DNA of 47,477 nucleotides from a virus: the IMG/VR virus record IMGVR_UViG_3300045988_091556; one strand, 5' to 3'. The position numbers and the translations under genes are program-made. This document shows positions 18,654-27,190 of the stretch, in pieces. The stretch's first letter is position 1. Each line of letters begins with the position of its first letter. The notes under the pieces are model-generated. The model saw only the letters and a program-made list of their open reading frames with translations, searched no databases and was not told the DNA's origin.

Positions 18654-19340
18654 ATGGCGACAATGGCAAAATGGGGCTCAAAATCATGGGCCATATCTCA
18701 GAAAAAAGTCGTCGCTCTGGAGGGGCTGGCCTTCTCTTATTCTCAGGTAGCTGACAACAACACCAGCACCGAGGAAAAGAAAACCACCAACGAGCGAGGC
18801 ACGGATCTATTCCCGCTCAGCTTCACCACCGTGCTGCACAGCGGCGCGGGCGTGGACGTCCGGGCAGAGATCGAAAGCTGGAAAGAGCTTGTCACAAAAG
18901 TAAATTATTTCTATCTGGGAGGCAAAAAACTGGGGCCGAAGCTCCAGCTCCGCAAAGTGTCCGTGAGCAACGTTGAGATCGACGACCTCGGACGCATGAG
19001 GCTGGCGACGTTATCCTTTGAATTTAAGGAGTACGATCCCGACACCACGAGCGTGCCGGTAAGCACAACCGCCCTGAATGTAAAGGCCAGCACTGCCTCG
19101 AAATCCCAGAACAAGCCAGCAAATACGCAGGCACAGGCAGCGCCGAAAAAGACGATCTCCGTCGGCTGCTATGTAAAGCCGACCGGGAGCAGGTACGCAA
19201 CCGGCGAAAAGATCCCGAACTGGGTAAAAGAGCGCAGCCATAAGGTAAGCCAGATCAAGGAAAGCCAAAACAAGGTGCTGCTCGGACACCCGGACGGGAT
19301 CAACAGCTGGGTATATCTGAGCGAAGTCACGCTCGTGTAA
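18654..19340 (+). CDS. Tail protein with a gpU-like N-terminal half and an SH3-like C-terminal domain
   Basis: The N-terminal layout resembles P2 gpU (LSFTTVLHSG...GRMRLATLSFEFKEY). C-terminal ISVGCYVKPTGSRYATGEKIPNWVK...WVYLSEV looks SH3-like. Confidence 0.35.
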   Translation: MATMAKWGSKSWAISQKKVVALEGLAFSYSQVADNNTSTEEKKTTNERGTDLFPLSFTTVLHSGAGVDVRAEIESWKELVTKVNYFYLGGKKLGPKLQLRKVSVSNVEIDDLGRMRLATLSFEFKEYDPDTTSVPVSTTALNVKASTASKSQNKPANTQAQAAPKKTISVGCYVKPTGSRYATGEKIPNWVKERSHKVSQIKESQNKVLLGHPDGINSWVYLSEVTLV

Positions 19341-19352
19341 AGGAGGGAGGCC

Positions 19353-19637
19353 ATGAGAGCACAAGGGAACGGGCTCCCGCAGGTGTGCGCGGCCAACCTG
19401 CTGCGAACCGTGCGGGGCGAGGTGGCATACGACAGGCTCAGGGGCCGGGACGGCGCTCTGATCGACCAGCCAAACGCCACCGACGCGGCAGCGGCCGACG
19501 CCGAGTGGGTGCTCGAAACCTACGAACCACGGGTAAACGCTGAGGAAATCGTCACGGATCCCTCCGGCGTTTTATCCGGTGAATTTAATATGACCGTGAA
19601 TATCGCGGAAAGAAAGGAGGACGAGGAAATCAAATGA
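19353..19637 (+). CDS. Baseplate wedge protein (gpW / gp25-like, XkdS-like)
   Basis: 94 aa. LLRTVRGEVAYDRLRG...YEPRV motif. Immediately upstream of the gpJ-like gene with an ATGA overlap. Confidence 0.65.
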   Translation: MRAQGNGLPQVCAANLLRTVRGEVAYDRLRGRDGALIDQPNATDAAAADAEWVLETYEPRVNAEEIVTDPSGVLSGEFNMTVNIAERKEDEEIK

Positions 19638-20980
19638 GCGAGCTCCAATTCATAGAGACAAGCGCCCAAAAGGTGCATGAAACTGTTATCAGCGAGCTGG
19701 AGAACGGCGTCAACGATCCTCTCTATCCGGGCGACGAGCGCCGGATCTTCGGCGACGCCATGGCTGAGGTAATTGTGGCCGTATATAACAGCGTCAACGA
19801 CGCCTGCAAGCAGAAAATGCTCCGCTACGCCCGCGGCTCCGTTTTGGACGCTCTGGGCGAAAACCGAGACACTCCGCGCCTCGATCCTACCTTTGCCACC
19901 ACAACGCTGCGCTTCGGTATCAACGAAGCCATAGCGTCAAATATTGTTATACCGGCCGGGATCCGGGTAACGAATGACTTCGTTCACTACTTCCTGACCG
20001 ACGCCACCGTCGTGCTCTATGCCGGTAGCCTCTATGTGGAGGTGTCGGCCACGGCAGAAAACGGCGGCACTGACTACAACGACATAGCGATCGGCGAGAT
20101 CTCTCAGATCGTGGACGTCTCGGACGTTCCGCTGATCGACTATGTAACCAATACGGAAGCCACAGCAGGAGGCGGCGACCGGGAGGAGGACGAAGCATAC
20201 CGGGAAAGGATCCGGGAAGCAGAAAACCGGCTCAGCACGGCGGGCCCGGCCAAAGCCTACAAATACTGGGCTATGACCGCAAACCCGCTCGTTACTGACG
20301 CGGTGGTGGAGTCCGAGACGGAAACCGTCACGCGCACGCTGCCGGTGTATGACGGCCACGCCTTCCAAGGAGGGGCTAACCTCCTGCCGGAAACTTTGAC
20401 GGTATATCTTCCAAGCGGCGCGGAGGCCATGTCTGGCACCGACTACACCGCCACATATAACGACGAACTGCTGACGCTCTCCCTCTCCGGGGCTCTGGCA
20501 GAGGTAGAAACCGTAAAGATCGAGATCACCCGAAACATGTACGGGCGCGTCAAGATCGTGCCTATATGCGCCGGTGGTGAAATCCCAGACGAGGACATAC
20601 TGGCCGACGTGCTGGCGGCCTGTTCTGCCGACGACGTGCGGCCGCTCACGGATCTGGTGCAGGTAGAGGCTCCGACAACATTCAAGTATGACATTGAGCT
20701 GGAATACTGGACAACGAAGGCGAGCGAGTCCGAAGTCGTGGAGAATGTGGAGGGATCCGGCGGCGCAATCGACCAGTATATTTACTGGCAAGGCTCCAGC
20801 CTCGACCAAGACATAAACCCGGACTATTTGCGGAAGCTGATCCTCTGCCCTCACTGGGAGGAAGGGCTGACCGGAGCCACCCGCGTGAATATCATTAAAC
20901 CGGTATATACCGAACTTCCAAGCACCACCGTGGCTGAATTTTCCGGGAAGCTGACCGTTTCCCATAAAGTAAAGGACTAA
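19634..20980 (+). CDS. Baseplate J-like protein
   Basis: 448 aa in the syntenic position, with a typical GGxDxEEDEAYRERI motif (GGGDREEDEAYRERIRE). Confidence 0.8.
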   Translation: MSELQFIETSAQKVHETVISELENGVNDPLYPGDERRIFGDAMAEVIVAVYNSVNDACKQKMLRYARGSVLDALGENRDTPRLDPTFATTTLRFGINEAIASNIVIPAGIRVTNDFVHYFLTDATVVLYAGSLYVEVSATAENGGTDYNDIAIGEISQIVDVSDVPLIDYVTNTEATAGGGDREEDEAYRERIREAENRLSTAGPAKAYKYWAMTANPLVTDAVVESETETVTRTLPVYDGHAFQGGANLLPETLTVYLPSGAEAMSGTDYTATYNDELLTLSLSGALAEVETVKIEITRNMYGRVKIVPICAGGEIPDEDILADVLAACSADDVRPLTDLVQVEAPTTFKYDIELEYWTTKASESEVVENVEGSGGAIDQYIYWQGSSLDQDINPDYLRKLILCPHWEEGLTGATRVNIIKPVYTELPSTTVAEFSGKLTVSHKVKD

Positions 20981-20992
20981 GGAGGCGAGGCT

Positions 20993-22129
20993 ATGGCAGG
21001 AATGAAAATATCAGATCTTGACTTTGTGCGGCTCCTGCCCGCCTTCATGCGCGACGACGAGGCAGCGATCGCACTCAGCAAGGCCATGAATAAGCTCATA
21101 CAGCCACCCGGCAGCAGGATCCCGACGATCCGGACGTGGGACGAGATCGACAGCCTCAACGAACCGGAATGTGACGAGCTGGCGTGGGAGCTGGATATTG
21201 ACTGGTACGACTCCACCGGCATGAGTCTGGAGGAAAAAAGAGAGACGATCAAGCTCGCCCAACAGATCAAGCGCAAGCGCGGGACAAAGTGGGCCGTCGA
21301 GCGCCTGATCTCTGCCTACTTCGGCGAGGGCTATGTTATGGAGTGGTACGAAATGTACGACTCCCCTTACACCTTCGTGGCACTGACAACGAACACCAAC
21401 ACGGACGCCCAGAACTTTGAGAAGTTTGTGGAGGCCGTGAAGGCTGCGAAAAATGCACGCTCGCACCTTGCGGGCGTTTTCTATTTCTGGCAGCAAGGGC
21501 CTGATCCGGGCATTGAGTACCGGCTGGACACCTCGCTGCACCGGTACAACTTCGTAAAATGCGGCACCCGTCCACGGATCGCAACCGTCGGCTTTATCGT
21601 GAAGCCGAGCATTGAAACGGATCCGGAGGAAACACTGCACCTTTACGGCTTCACAAAGGCCGGGGATCTGACATGCGGCACATACCCGCGACCGGGAACG
21701 CTGGGCGCGATAGTAAAAAGCGGGATCTCTACCGGAGCAGAGACTCAGGCGATCCGCTACAACTTCGCCCGCGAAGCCGGAACCTACCCGAACACCGCCA
21801 CACTGGGGCGCGTACTCAGGCAGGAAATTAAGGTGGAGCAGGCAGACGAGGCTCTGGCTTACGAGCTGCCTAAAACCACCGGGCAAACTTGCGGCACATA
21901 TCCAAAGCCCGGAACTCTGGGAAAGGTGCTGCAGCACACAGTCGGCGTCAATCTGGCGGCGGCTTTTTCGTTGTATCAACTTATCAAGGCGGGGACGCAG
22001 AAATGCGGAACCATGCCGGGCGGCGGCGTAAAAGGCGCAGCCGTCACAAACAAAGCAGCTACAGCGCTGCAAGTCTCCAGCGTGGCGTATGGCTTCGTGA
22101 AATGCGGGACGCGGTGCTGCGGTGAATAA
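20993..22129 (+). CDS. Baseplate/tail protein, P2 gpI-like N-terminus with a C-terminal Cys-Gly-Thr repeat array
   Basis: N-terminal LLPAFMRDDEAAIALSKAM...KRKRGTKWAVERL matches the Tail_P2_I/XkdU type. The C-terminal half carries about 5.5 copies of a CGTYPxPGTLG-containing module. Confidence 0.65.
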   Translation: MAGMKISDLDFVRLLPAFMRDDEAAIALSKAMNKLIQPPGSRIPTIRTWDEIDSLNEPECDELAWELDIDWYDSTGMSLEEKRETIKLAQQIKRKRGTKWAVERLISAYFGEGYVMEWYEMYDSPYTFVALTTNTNTDAQNFEKFVEAVKAAKNARSHLAGVFYFWQQGPDPGIEYRLDTSLHRYNFVKCGTRPRIATVGFIVKPSIETDPEETLHLYGFTKAGDLTCGTYPRPGTLGAIVKSGISTGAETQAIRYNFAREAGTYPNTATLGRVLRQEIKVEQADEALAYELPKTTGQTCGTYPKPGTLGKVLQHTVGVNLAAAFSLYQLIKAGTQKCGTMPGGGVKGAAVTNKAATALQVSSVAYGFVKCGTRCCGE

Positions 22130-22149
22130 ATCGAAAGGAGGACACCCGC

Positions 22150-22461
22150 ATGAGCTACTTTTACGACACCTTCATGGGGCACCGGAGGGATCAGTGGCTC
22201 CGCTCGATCCATGCGATAGAAGTACAGAGCGGCGGCAACTGGCACCGGGGAGCTATCAACAAAAAGCTCGTCGAAGGTGACACGCTTGTGATCTACGCCA
22301 CCTTCCCGACACTGGACTCCGTGGCCTGCACGATCGACGCCTCGCGCCTGATTGACACACGCGGGGAAGTCGCTGCATATCAGCAGCGCACGATCAACAA
22401 GGTAGAGGGACAGGGCACCATGATTAAGCTCGCGATCCCGATCTACGAAGTAACAGCCTAA
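22150..22461 (+). CDS. Hypothetical tail-fibre-region protein
   Basis: Strong RBS, 103 aa. No motif recognised. Confidence 0.4.
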   Translation: MSYFYDTFMGHRRDQWLRSIHAIEVQSGGNWHRGAINKKLVEGDTLVIYATFPTLDSVACTIDASRLIDTRGEVAAYQQRTINKVEGQGTMIKLAIPIYEVTA

Positions 22462-22481
22462 AAGGAAGGAGGTAAACAGGC

Positions 22482-22907
22482 ATGTATAACGCAACGTACT
22501 GGCTCGACAGAGTGGTGGACGAGGAAACAGAGGAAGTCATTCAGGAAGGCACAGACCAGAGCGCCGGGCATTTCAACAACATGGAGGAAGGCATTTCCGA
22601 CGCACATCTGGCGACCGCCCTTCTTTTGATCTCCGCTTCCTTATCAGCCGATCAGGTAGCCACCGAAGAACAGACGATCACTCTCGAAAACTCCGAGAGC
22701 TTCCCGTTCAACAACTCGGTGGAAACCGTAGCCCTGAATACGGCCCGAAACTTCACGGACTACACCGTGGAGGCCGAAGTGCTGGAGCATGACGGAAACG
22801 TCGGAGACGTGAAGATTTTCAGCCGCCTGCTGAACGGCTTCAAGGTGGCGTATGACGGCAGCGCCAAAAACGCCACTATTAAACTGAGAATTAAAGGAGG
22901 AATGTAA
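22482..22907 (+). CDS. Putative tail fibre or fibre-associated protein
   Basis: N-terminal YWLDRVVDEE...GTDQSAGHFNNMEEGI is the motif common at the N-terminus of Firmicute phage fibre proteins. Confidence 0.45.
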   Translation: MYNATYWLDRVVDEETEEVIQEGTDQSAGHFNNMEEGISDAHLATALLLISASLSADQVATEEQTITLENSESFPFNNSVETVALNTARNFTDYTVEAEVLEHDGNVGDVKIFSRLLNGFKVAYDGSAKNATIKLRIKGGM

Positions 22908-22909
22908 CC

Positions 22910-23290
22910 ATGGCAGATCAGAACAATGTAAAGGTTATTGAAAAGAACGCAGGCCCGAAAATTGCCTACGAGCAGACGGGCACCTGCCTGATCTTCGGCG
23001 ACTATGAGCTGATGATTAACGCGGCAAAGTACCAGAAAGACTGGGACGTGACCGTGGATATTTGCAAAGACAAAGCCGGAAACCTTACGATCGGCACCGA
23101 GTCGGGGCTGCGTTATGTGGCGCAGGTAATGATCCCGGCGGCCACCTACACCGAGACACCGATCCAGACAGAGGAAGGGGCCGAGCCTCTGGCAGAAGGA
23201 AGCGGTGACGGCATGAACAGCACCGTGCAGAGAGAGCAGAACCCGCTCGACATGGGCGACGTTACTCTCGTACTCTGGAGCATTGAATAA
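22910..23290 (+). CDS. Hypothetical tail-fibre-region protein
   Basis: Strong RBS, 126 aa. No motif recognised. Confidence 0.4.
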   Translation: MADQNNVKVIEKNAGPKIAYEQTGTCLIFGDYELMINAAKYQKDWDVTVDICKDKAGNLTIGTESGLRYVAQVMIPAATYTETPIQTEEGAEPLAEGSGDGMNSTVQREQNPLDMGDVTLVLWSIE

Positions 23291-23305
23291 GCAAAAAAGG
23301 AGGAT

Positions 23306-24454
23306 ATGACAATGGCAAACTTTGATCTTTCCAGTCTGGCACTCAAAAGCGTGTGCCCGAACAATGAAATTTTTGTGGACGACGCGGATCTGCCGTCCGT
23401 TATGGTGTATATCCCGAAATTTAAGAACAGCGACGTGCTGACCGGTGGCAACGACAGCACCCACCCGGCTTTTATCGTAAACGGGCAGGAAATCCCCGGC
23501 TTTTGGTACTCCAAGTACCAGAATGTCGTACACACCACCCAGCTGACCGACGGCAGTATCGCGGCAGCGTACAGTCTGCCGGGCGAGGATCCGGCGGCAA
23601 ACATTAACTTTGACACCGCCCGCTCCCGCTGCGAGGCAAAGGGCGCAGGCTGGCACCTCTCCACCAACGCCGAGTGGGCCGCGATCGCTCTCTGGTGCAA
23701 GAAAAACGGCTTCATGCCTTACGGAAATAACAACTACGGAAAGGACACCCGCGAGAGCAACTACAAGGCGATCCCGACGACCTTCTACGGCCCGGACAGC
23801 GATCAGCCGGAAGGCACCACGGCCAGAGTGGCAACTGGCACCGGCCCGCTCACATGGAGCCACGACAAGACTCTGAGCGGTATCTGGGATCTGAATGGTA
23901 ACGTGTGGGAGTGGCAGGGCGGCATCCGTCTTGTGTGGGGCGAGCTCCAGATCCTCGCAAACAACGACGCAGCGGATCCGGACAACCCGCAGAACACGAC
24001 CAGCGTGTGCTGGAAGGCTATCAATGCGGCCGACGGCTCCCTTGTAGAGCCTGAGTGTGAAGTGGGTGACAGCTCCGCGACTCTCTCCGGCAGCACCGTG
24101 AAGCTGGACTATGTAAGCGGCGCATGGCAGTGGACAACGACCGTCGCAAGCTCTCAGGACGCAAGCCGCAGCTGCGCCTTTGGTAAAGTTACCGCAGCGG
24201 CAGCAGTCGGAAACGCCGCCAAGATCCTGCTCCGCTCCCTCGCCCTTCTCCCGGACGAAGGCGCTCAGGAAGCTGACTACGAAGGCGACTACTTCTGGTG
24301 GAACAACGGCGTAGCCGAGCGCTGCGTGTTTCGCGGGGGCGGCTGGTACAGCGGCACGAACGCGGGCGTGTTCTACCTCAACGGCTCCTACTCCCGCTCC
24401 TACTCCTACACGTACTTCGGCTTCCGCTCCGCTTTTATCCCGGAAATCGGGTAA
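23306..24454 (+). CDS. DGR target protein 1 (Mtd-like receptor-binding protein, C-type lectin / FGE-sulfatase fold) carrying VR1 at its C-terminus
   Basis: GAGWHLSTNAEWAAIA, GNVWEWQGG, and RCVFRGGGWYSGTNAGVFYLNGSYSRSYSYTYFGFRSA. The last 38 codons are the variable repeat. The start may be the second ATG at 23312. Confidence 0.9.
   Translation: MTMANFDLSSLALKSVCPNNEIFVDDADLPSVMVYIPKFKNSDVLTGGNDSTHPAFIVNGQEIPGFWYSKYQNVVHTTQLTDGSIAAAYSLPGEDPAANINFDTARSRCEAKGAGWHLSTNAEWAAIALWCKKNGFMPYGNNNYGKDTRESNYKAIPTTFYGPDSDQPEGTTARVATGTGPLTWSHDKTLSGIWDLNGNVWEWQGGIRLVWGELQILANNDAADPDNPQNTTSVCWKAINAADGSLVEPECEVGDSSATLSGSTVKLDYVSGAWQWTTTVASSQDASRSCAFGKVTAAAAVGNAAKILLRSLALLPDEGAQEADYEGDYFWWNNGVAERCVFRGGGWYSGTNAGVFYLNGSYSRSYSYTYFGFRSAFIPEIG
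24319..24433 (+). repeat. DGR variable repeat VR1
   Basis: 115 nt aligned to TR (24907-25021) without gaps. There are 13 differences, and every one falls at a TR adenine. Confidence 0.92.
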
Positions 24455-24477
24455 TCTGGCAATCTGAAAATCTGGCT

Positions 24478-24505
24478 AAGGGGCGGCCCACCAAAGCCGC
24501 CCCTT
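24478..24505 (+). promoter_or_regulatory. GC-rich hairpin downstream of VR1 (DGR cis element or transcript-end hairpin)
   Basis: aaggggcggc (24478-87) pairs with gccgcccctt (24496-505), with an 8-nt loop and no U-tract after it. Confidence 0.5.
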
Positions 24506-24527
24506 TACCACAGTAAGGAGAAACAAC

Positions 24528-24872
24528 ATGGACAACCTACAACTCCGGCAGCGTATCGTCCGATCCATGATCCGGGTGGGCGAGCGCACCAACAACATGC
24601 GAAAGCCGGAAAAATTCGAGTACCGCAAGCACATGACCGCCGCTTTCATGGACATGCTGGAGCTTTGCATTGAGGCGAACCGGGCCAGAGGCCAACGCCG
24701 GGTGGAGCTCCAGAACAAAATGGACACAAAGCTGGACGTGCTGCGCTCCCTCGTAGACACGGCAGTTTCGCCGGAGGATCGCCTGATCTCTCCGGGGCTC
24801 CATGAGGTATGGAGCAAGGAGCTGAACGAAATCGGGCGTATGTTGGGCGGCTGGAAAAAGTCGAACGAGTAA
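24528..24872 (+). CDS. avd: DGR accessory variability determinant (Avd, four-helix-bundle family)
   Basis: 114 aa, basic and helical, ending in EIGRMLGGW, which is typical of Avd-type four-helix-bundle proteins. Lies between the target gene and TR. Confidence 0.8.
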   Translation: MDNLQLRQRIVRSMIRVGERTNNMRKPEKFEYRKHMTAAFMDMLELCIEANRARGQRRVELQNKMDTKLDVLRSLVDTAVSPEDRLISPGLHEVWSKELNEIGRMLGGWKKSNE

Positions 24873-24906
24873 CACGCCCGTGGGGAATGTGTCGTGATAA
24901 AAGGGG

Positions 24907-25021
24907 GCGCTGCGTGTATCGCGGGGGCAACTGGAACAACGGCACGAACGCAGGCGTGTTCTACCTCAACGGCAACAACTCCCGCTCCAACTCCAACACG
25001 AACATCGGCTTCCGCTCCGCT
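24907..25021 (+). repeat. DGR template repeat (TR)
   Basis: Non-coding copy of VR1/VR2 rich in AAC codons (RCVYRGGNWNNGTNAGVFYLNGNNSRSNSNTNIGFRSA when translated). About 26 adenines. Confidence 0.92.
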
Positions 25022-25279
25022 CTTGCCTTGTTTGCTTATGTCCTGCGAGCCACGGCTTTGCAGGAGCACAAAGGCAAAAGGGACGCATTTCCCGGCCGAC
25101 AAGGCCAAAGATGAACGCTCGCGCAGCTCGCCGGTGAACTACTGGGGGCGGCGGGCAAACCGCGCAGGCTGGCCGTTCCTGCTTTATGCGGGTGAAGGGC
25201 GGCCGCGACCCTGCGGCGTGGCGGCCGTAGGGAAACGGCCGTTTCAAGGAGTGTCACACGCGGGCCTTTTTATAAAAAC
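25022..25279 (+). ncRNA. DGR RNA spacer region between TR and RT (expected structured priming region)
   Basis: 258-nt GC-rich non-coding stretch with several hairpins (for example ggccgt-agggaa-acggcc). Its position corresponds to the Sp region of the BPP-1 DGR RNA. Confidence 0.5.
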
Positions 25280-26428
25280 ATGGAAGGAGTGACGGCTATC
25301 AAAGAAACAGAAAAGCCTTCCCTTCTGGAACGTATATACTCGTGGGAAAATCTGCTGAACGCATACCACGAAGCAGCGAGCGAGAAATGGTACCGCAGCG
25401 ACGTGCTGGCCTTCTCTGCGAGGCTGGAGGAAAATCTAATTGAAATACAAAACTCCCTGATCTGGCACACTTACAAGGTGGGCCGATACCGGGAGTTTTA
25501 TGTTTCGGAGCCAAAGCGCCGCCTCATTATGGCGCTGAGCTTCCCGGATCGTGTCGTGCAGTGGGCTGTATATCTGCAAGTAAACAAAGAGCTCGACAAT
25601 GGCATGATCTACCATAGTTACGGCTGCCGGGTGGGAAAAGGCACCACAAGAGCAGCCGACCGGCTGCAATACTGGGCGACACTCGTTGACCGCAAGCCGG
25701 GGCCGAGCTGGCACTACTTAAAGCTGGATATTTCAAAGTATTTTTACCGAGTAGACCACAAGGTTTTACTCGGTATTTTGCGGCGCAAATACCCGAACGA
25801 GGACGGCTTTCTCTGGCTCATGGAGACGATCATCAACTGCGACCACACGCCCTTCGGGCTTCCTCCGGGAAAGACAGCCGACGAGGTGCCACCTTCGGAG
25901 CGGCTCTTTGAGGTGGGTATGCCGATCGGAAACCTTACCAGCCAGCTGCTCGCGAACGTCTGTCTTAATGAACTGGATCAGTACATCAAGCACGAACTGA
26001 AAGCGCACTTTTATGAGCGTTACATGGACGACATGGCGCTGCTGCACCCGGACGCCGCAGTGCTGAACGAGTGGCGGGTGAAGATCGAGGAGTACCTCAA
26101 CAATGTGCTGCACCTCGAACTTAACGGAAAGACCACGATCGGGCTCGTAAAGCACGGGATCACCTTCGTGGGCTGCCGGATCTTCCCTGGCTACCGTAAG
26201 CCGACAAAGCAGAGCGTCAAGAAAATGAAGGCGCGTATGCGGTATATCGCCAAGGAGTACGAGGCGGGCCTGATCGACTTCGACGCCGTGGACGCCACCA
26301 TGCAGAGCTACTTCGGTATGCTGAGCCACTGCTCCACCCACGGGCTCCAGAAGTGGATCGAGAAAAATATAGTTTTCAAACGAAAAGAACCGGCCGCAGA
26401 GGCAAAGGAGGTGAACCTATGGACGTAA
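25280..26428 (+). CDS. brt: DGR reverse transcriptase
   Basis: PIGNLTSQLLANVCLNELD (the DGR-specific I/LGxxxSQ motif) and a YMDD catalytic box. 382 aa. Confidence 0.92.
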   Translation: MEGVTAIKETEKPSLLERIYSWENLLNAYHEAASEKWYRSDVLAFSARLEENLIEIQNSLIWHTYKVGRYREFYVSEPKRRLIMALSFPDRVVQWAVYLQVNKELDNGMIYHSYGCRVGKGTTRAADRLQYWATLVDRKPGPSWHYLKLDISKYFYRVDHKVLLGILRRKYPNEDGFLWLMETIINCDHTPFGLPPGKTADEVPPSERLFEVGMPIGNLTSQLLANVCLNELDQYIKHELKAHFYERYMDDMALLHPDAAVLNEWRVKIEEYLNNVLHLELNGKTTIGLVKHGITFVGCRIFPGYRKPTKQSVKKMKARMRYIAKEYEAGLIDFDAVDATMQSYFGMLSHCSTHGLQKWIEKNIVFKRKEPAAEAKEVNLWT

Positions 26429-26775
26429 CCGCAATAATCATAGCCGCGAGCATACCCTCGGCCATAACTGGCTTTTGCTTCTGGCTTATTGAGAGGAACA
26501 TCAAGAAACAGGACAAAAAGAGGGAGGCCGAGGAAGAAGCCCGGCGCGAGGACATGGAGAGGCGCGAAAACTTACGGCAGCAGCAAGAGTTTTACCTCGT
26601 CCAAGGCGTAAATGCTGCGATCGCGCTCGGCGAGGCCACGGCCAAAGCGGTGCAGCGGATCCCTGACGCTCACTGCAACGGAGACATGCACGCGGCGCTG
26701 GAGTATGCCTCGAAAGTCAAACACGCACAAAAGGACTTTCTGGCTAAACAGGGGATCAATTCCATTTACGAATAG
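26419..26775 (+). CDS. Small membrane protein with one N-terminal TM segment and a coiled coil (holin or lysis accessory candidate)
   Basis: ATG at 26419 follows AAAGGAGGTG. MDVTAIIIAASIPSAITGFCFWLI is the TM segment, followed by a charged helix. Confidence 0.45.
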   Translation: MDVTAIIIAASIPSAITGFCFWLIERNIKKQDKKREAEEEARREDMERRENLRQQQEFYLVQGVNAAIALGEATAKAVQRIPDAHCNGDMHAALEYASKVKHAQKDFLAKQGINSIYE

Positions 26776-26787
26776 GAGGCGACGACC

Positions 26788-27174
26788 ATGTGCGAGGAAT
26801 ACACCGGGCCGGACGCCGTTGTGGATCCGGCGGCTCCGGATCCGCAGCTCCGGCAACTGACCGAAGAAAACAAAAAGCTCCGGGAGCAGATCCAGCAAAT
26901 GCGAGCTGCCGCTGCAGCAAAAAAGAAGGTTGAGTTTTCAAAGCTCATTTTTCTGGGCGTAAGTATCGCCACCATAGCGATCACCGTCTTTTCCTGCCGC
27001 ATGATCTGGATCACCATGGACACCTCCGTGCTGGCTTATCTGATCCCGGCAGTATTTGCGGAAATGGCCTCGGCGACCGGTTTTTATTACACCAAGGCAA
27101 AGGCAGAAAACAAGATCAAGCTCATGGCCCTGAACGGCGTCAAGCCGGAGCCGTCGAGCTTTGAAACCTATTAG
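26788..27174 (+). CDS. Membrane protein with two predicted TM segments (holin candidate)
   Basis: LIFLGVSIATIAITVFSCRMIWI and VLAYLIPAVFAEMASATGFYY. Immediately upstream of the endolysin. Confidence 0.45.
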   Translation: MCEEYTGPDAVVDPAAPDPQLRQLTEENKKLREQIQQMRAAAAAKKKVEFSKLIFLGVSIATIAITVFSCRMIWITMDTSVLAYLIPAVFAEMASATGFYYTKAKAENKIKLMALNGVKPEPSSFETY

Positions 27175-27190
27175 CAAAAAGGAGGGACTC

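Noticed and set aside
19937-23863. Very long minus-strand ORFs (19937..20965, 21011..22072, 22760..23863), and similar ones at 37942..38763 and 41140..41859
   Set aside because: They lie antisense to well-supported + strand genes, lack RBSs, and have Arg/Pro/Gly-rich low-complexity translations typical of GC-rich antisense frames.
24809-25114. ORF-track ORF whose translation (RCVYRGGNWNNGTNAGVFYLNGNNSRSNSNTNIGFRSA) looks like a third lectin-fold C-terminus
   Set aside because: It is the DGR template repeat read in the VR frame. It has no RBS, overlaps the avd 3' end, is only the repeat plus flanks, and is AAC-saturated as expected for a non-coding TR.
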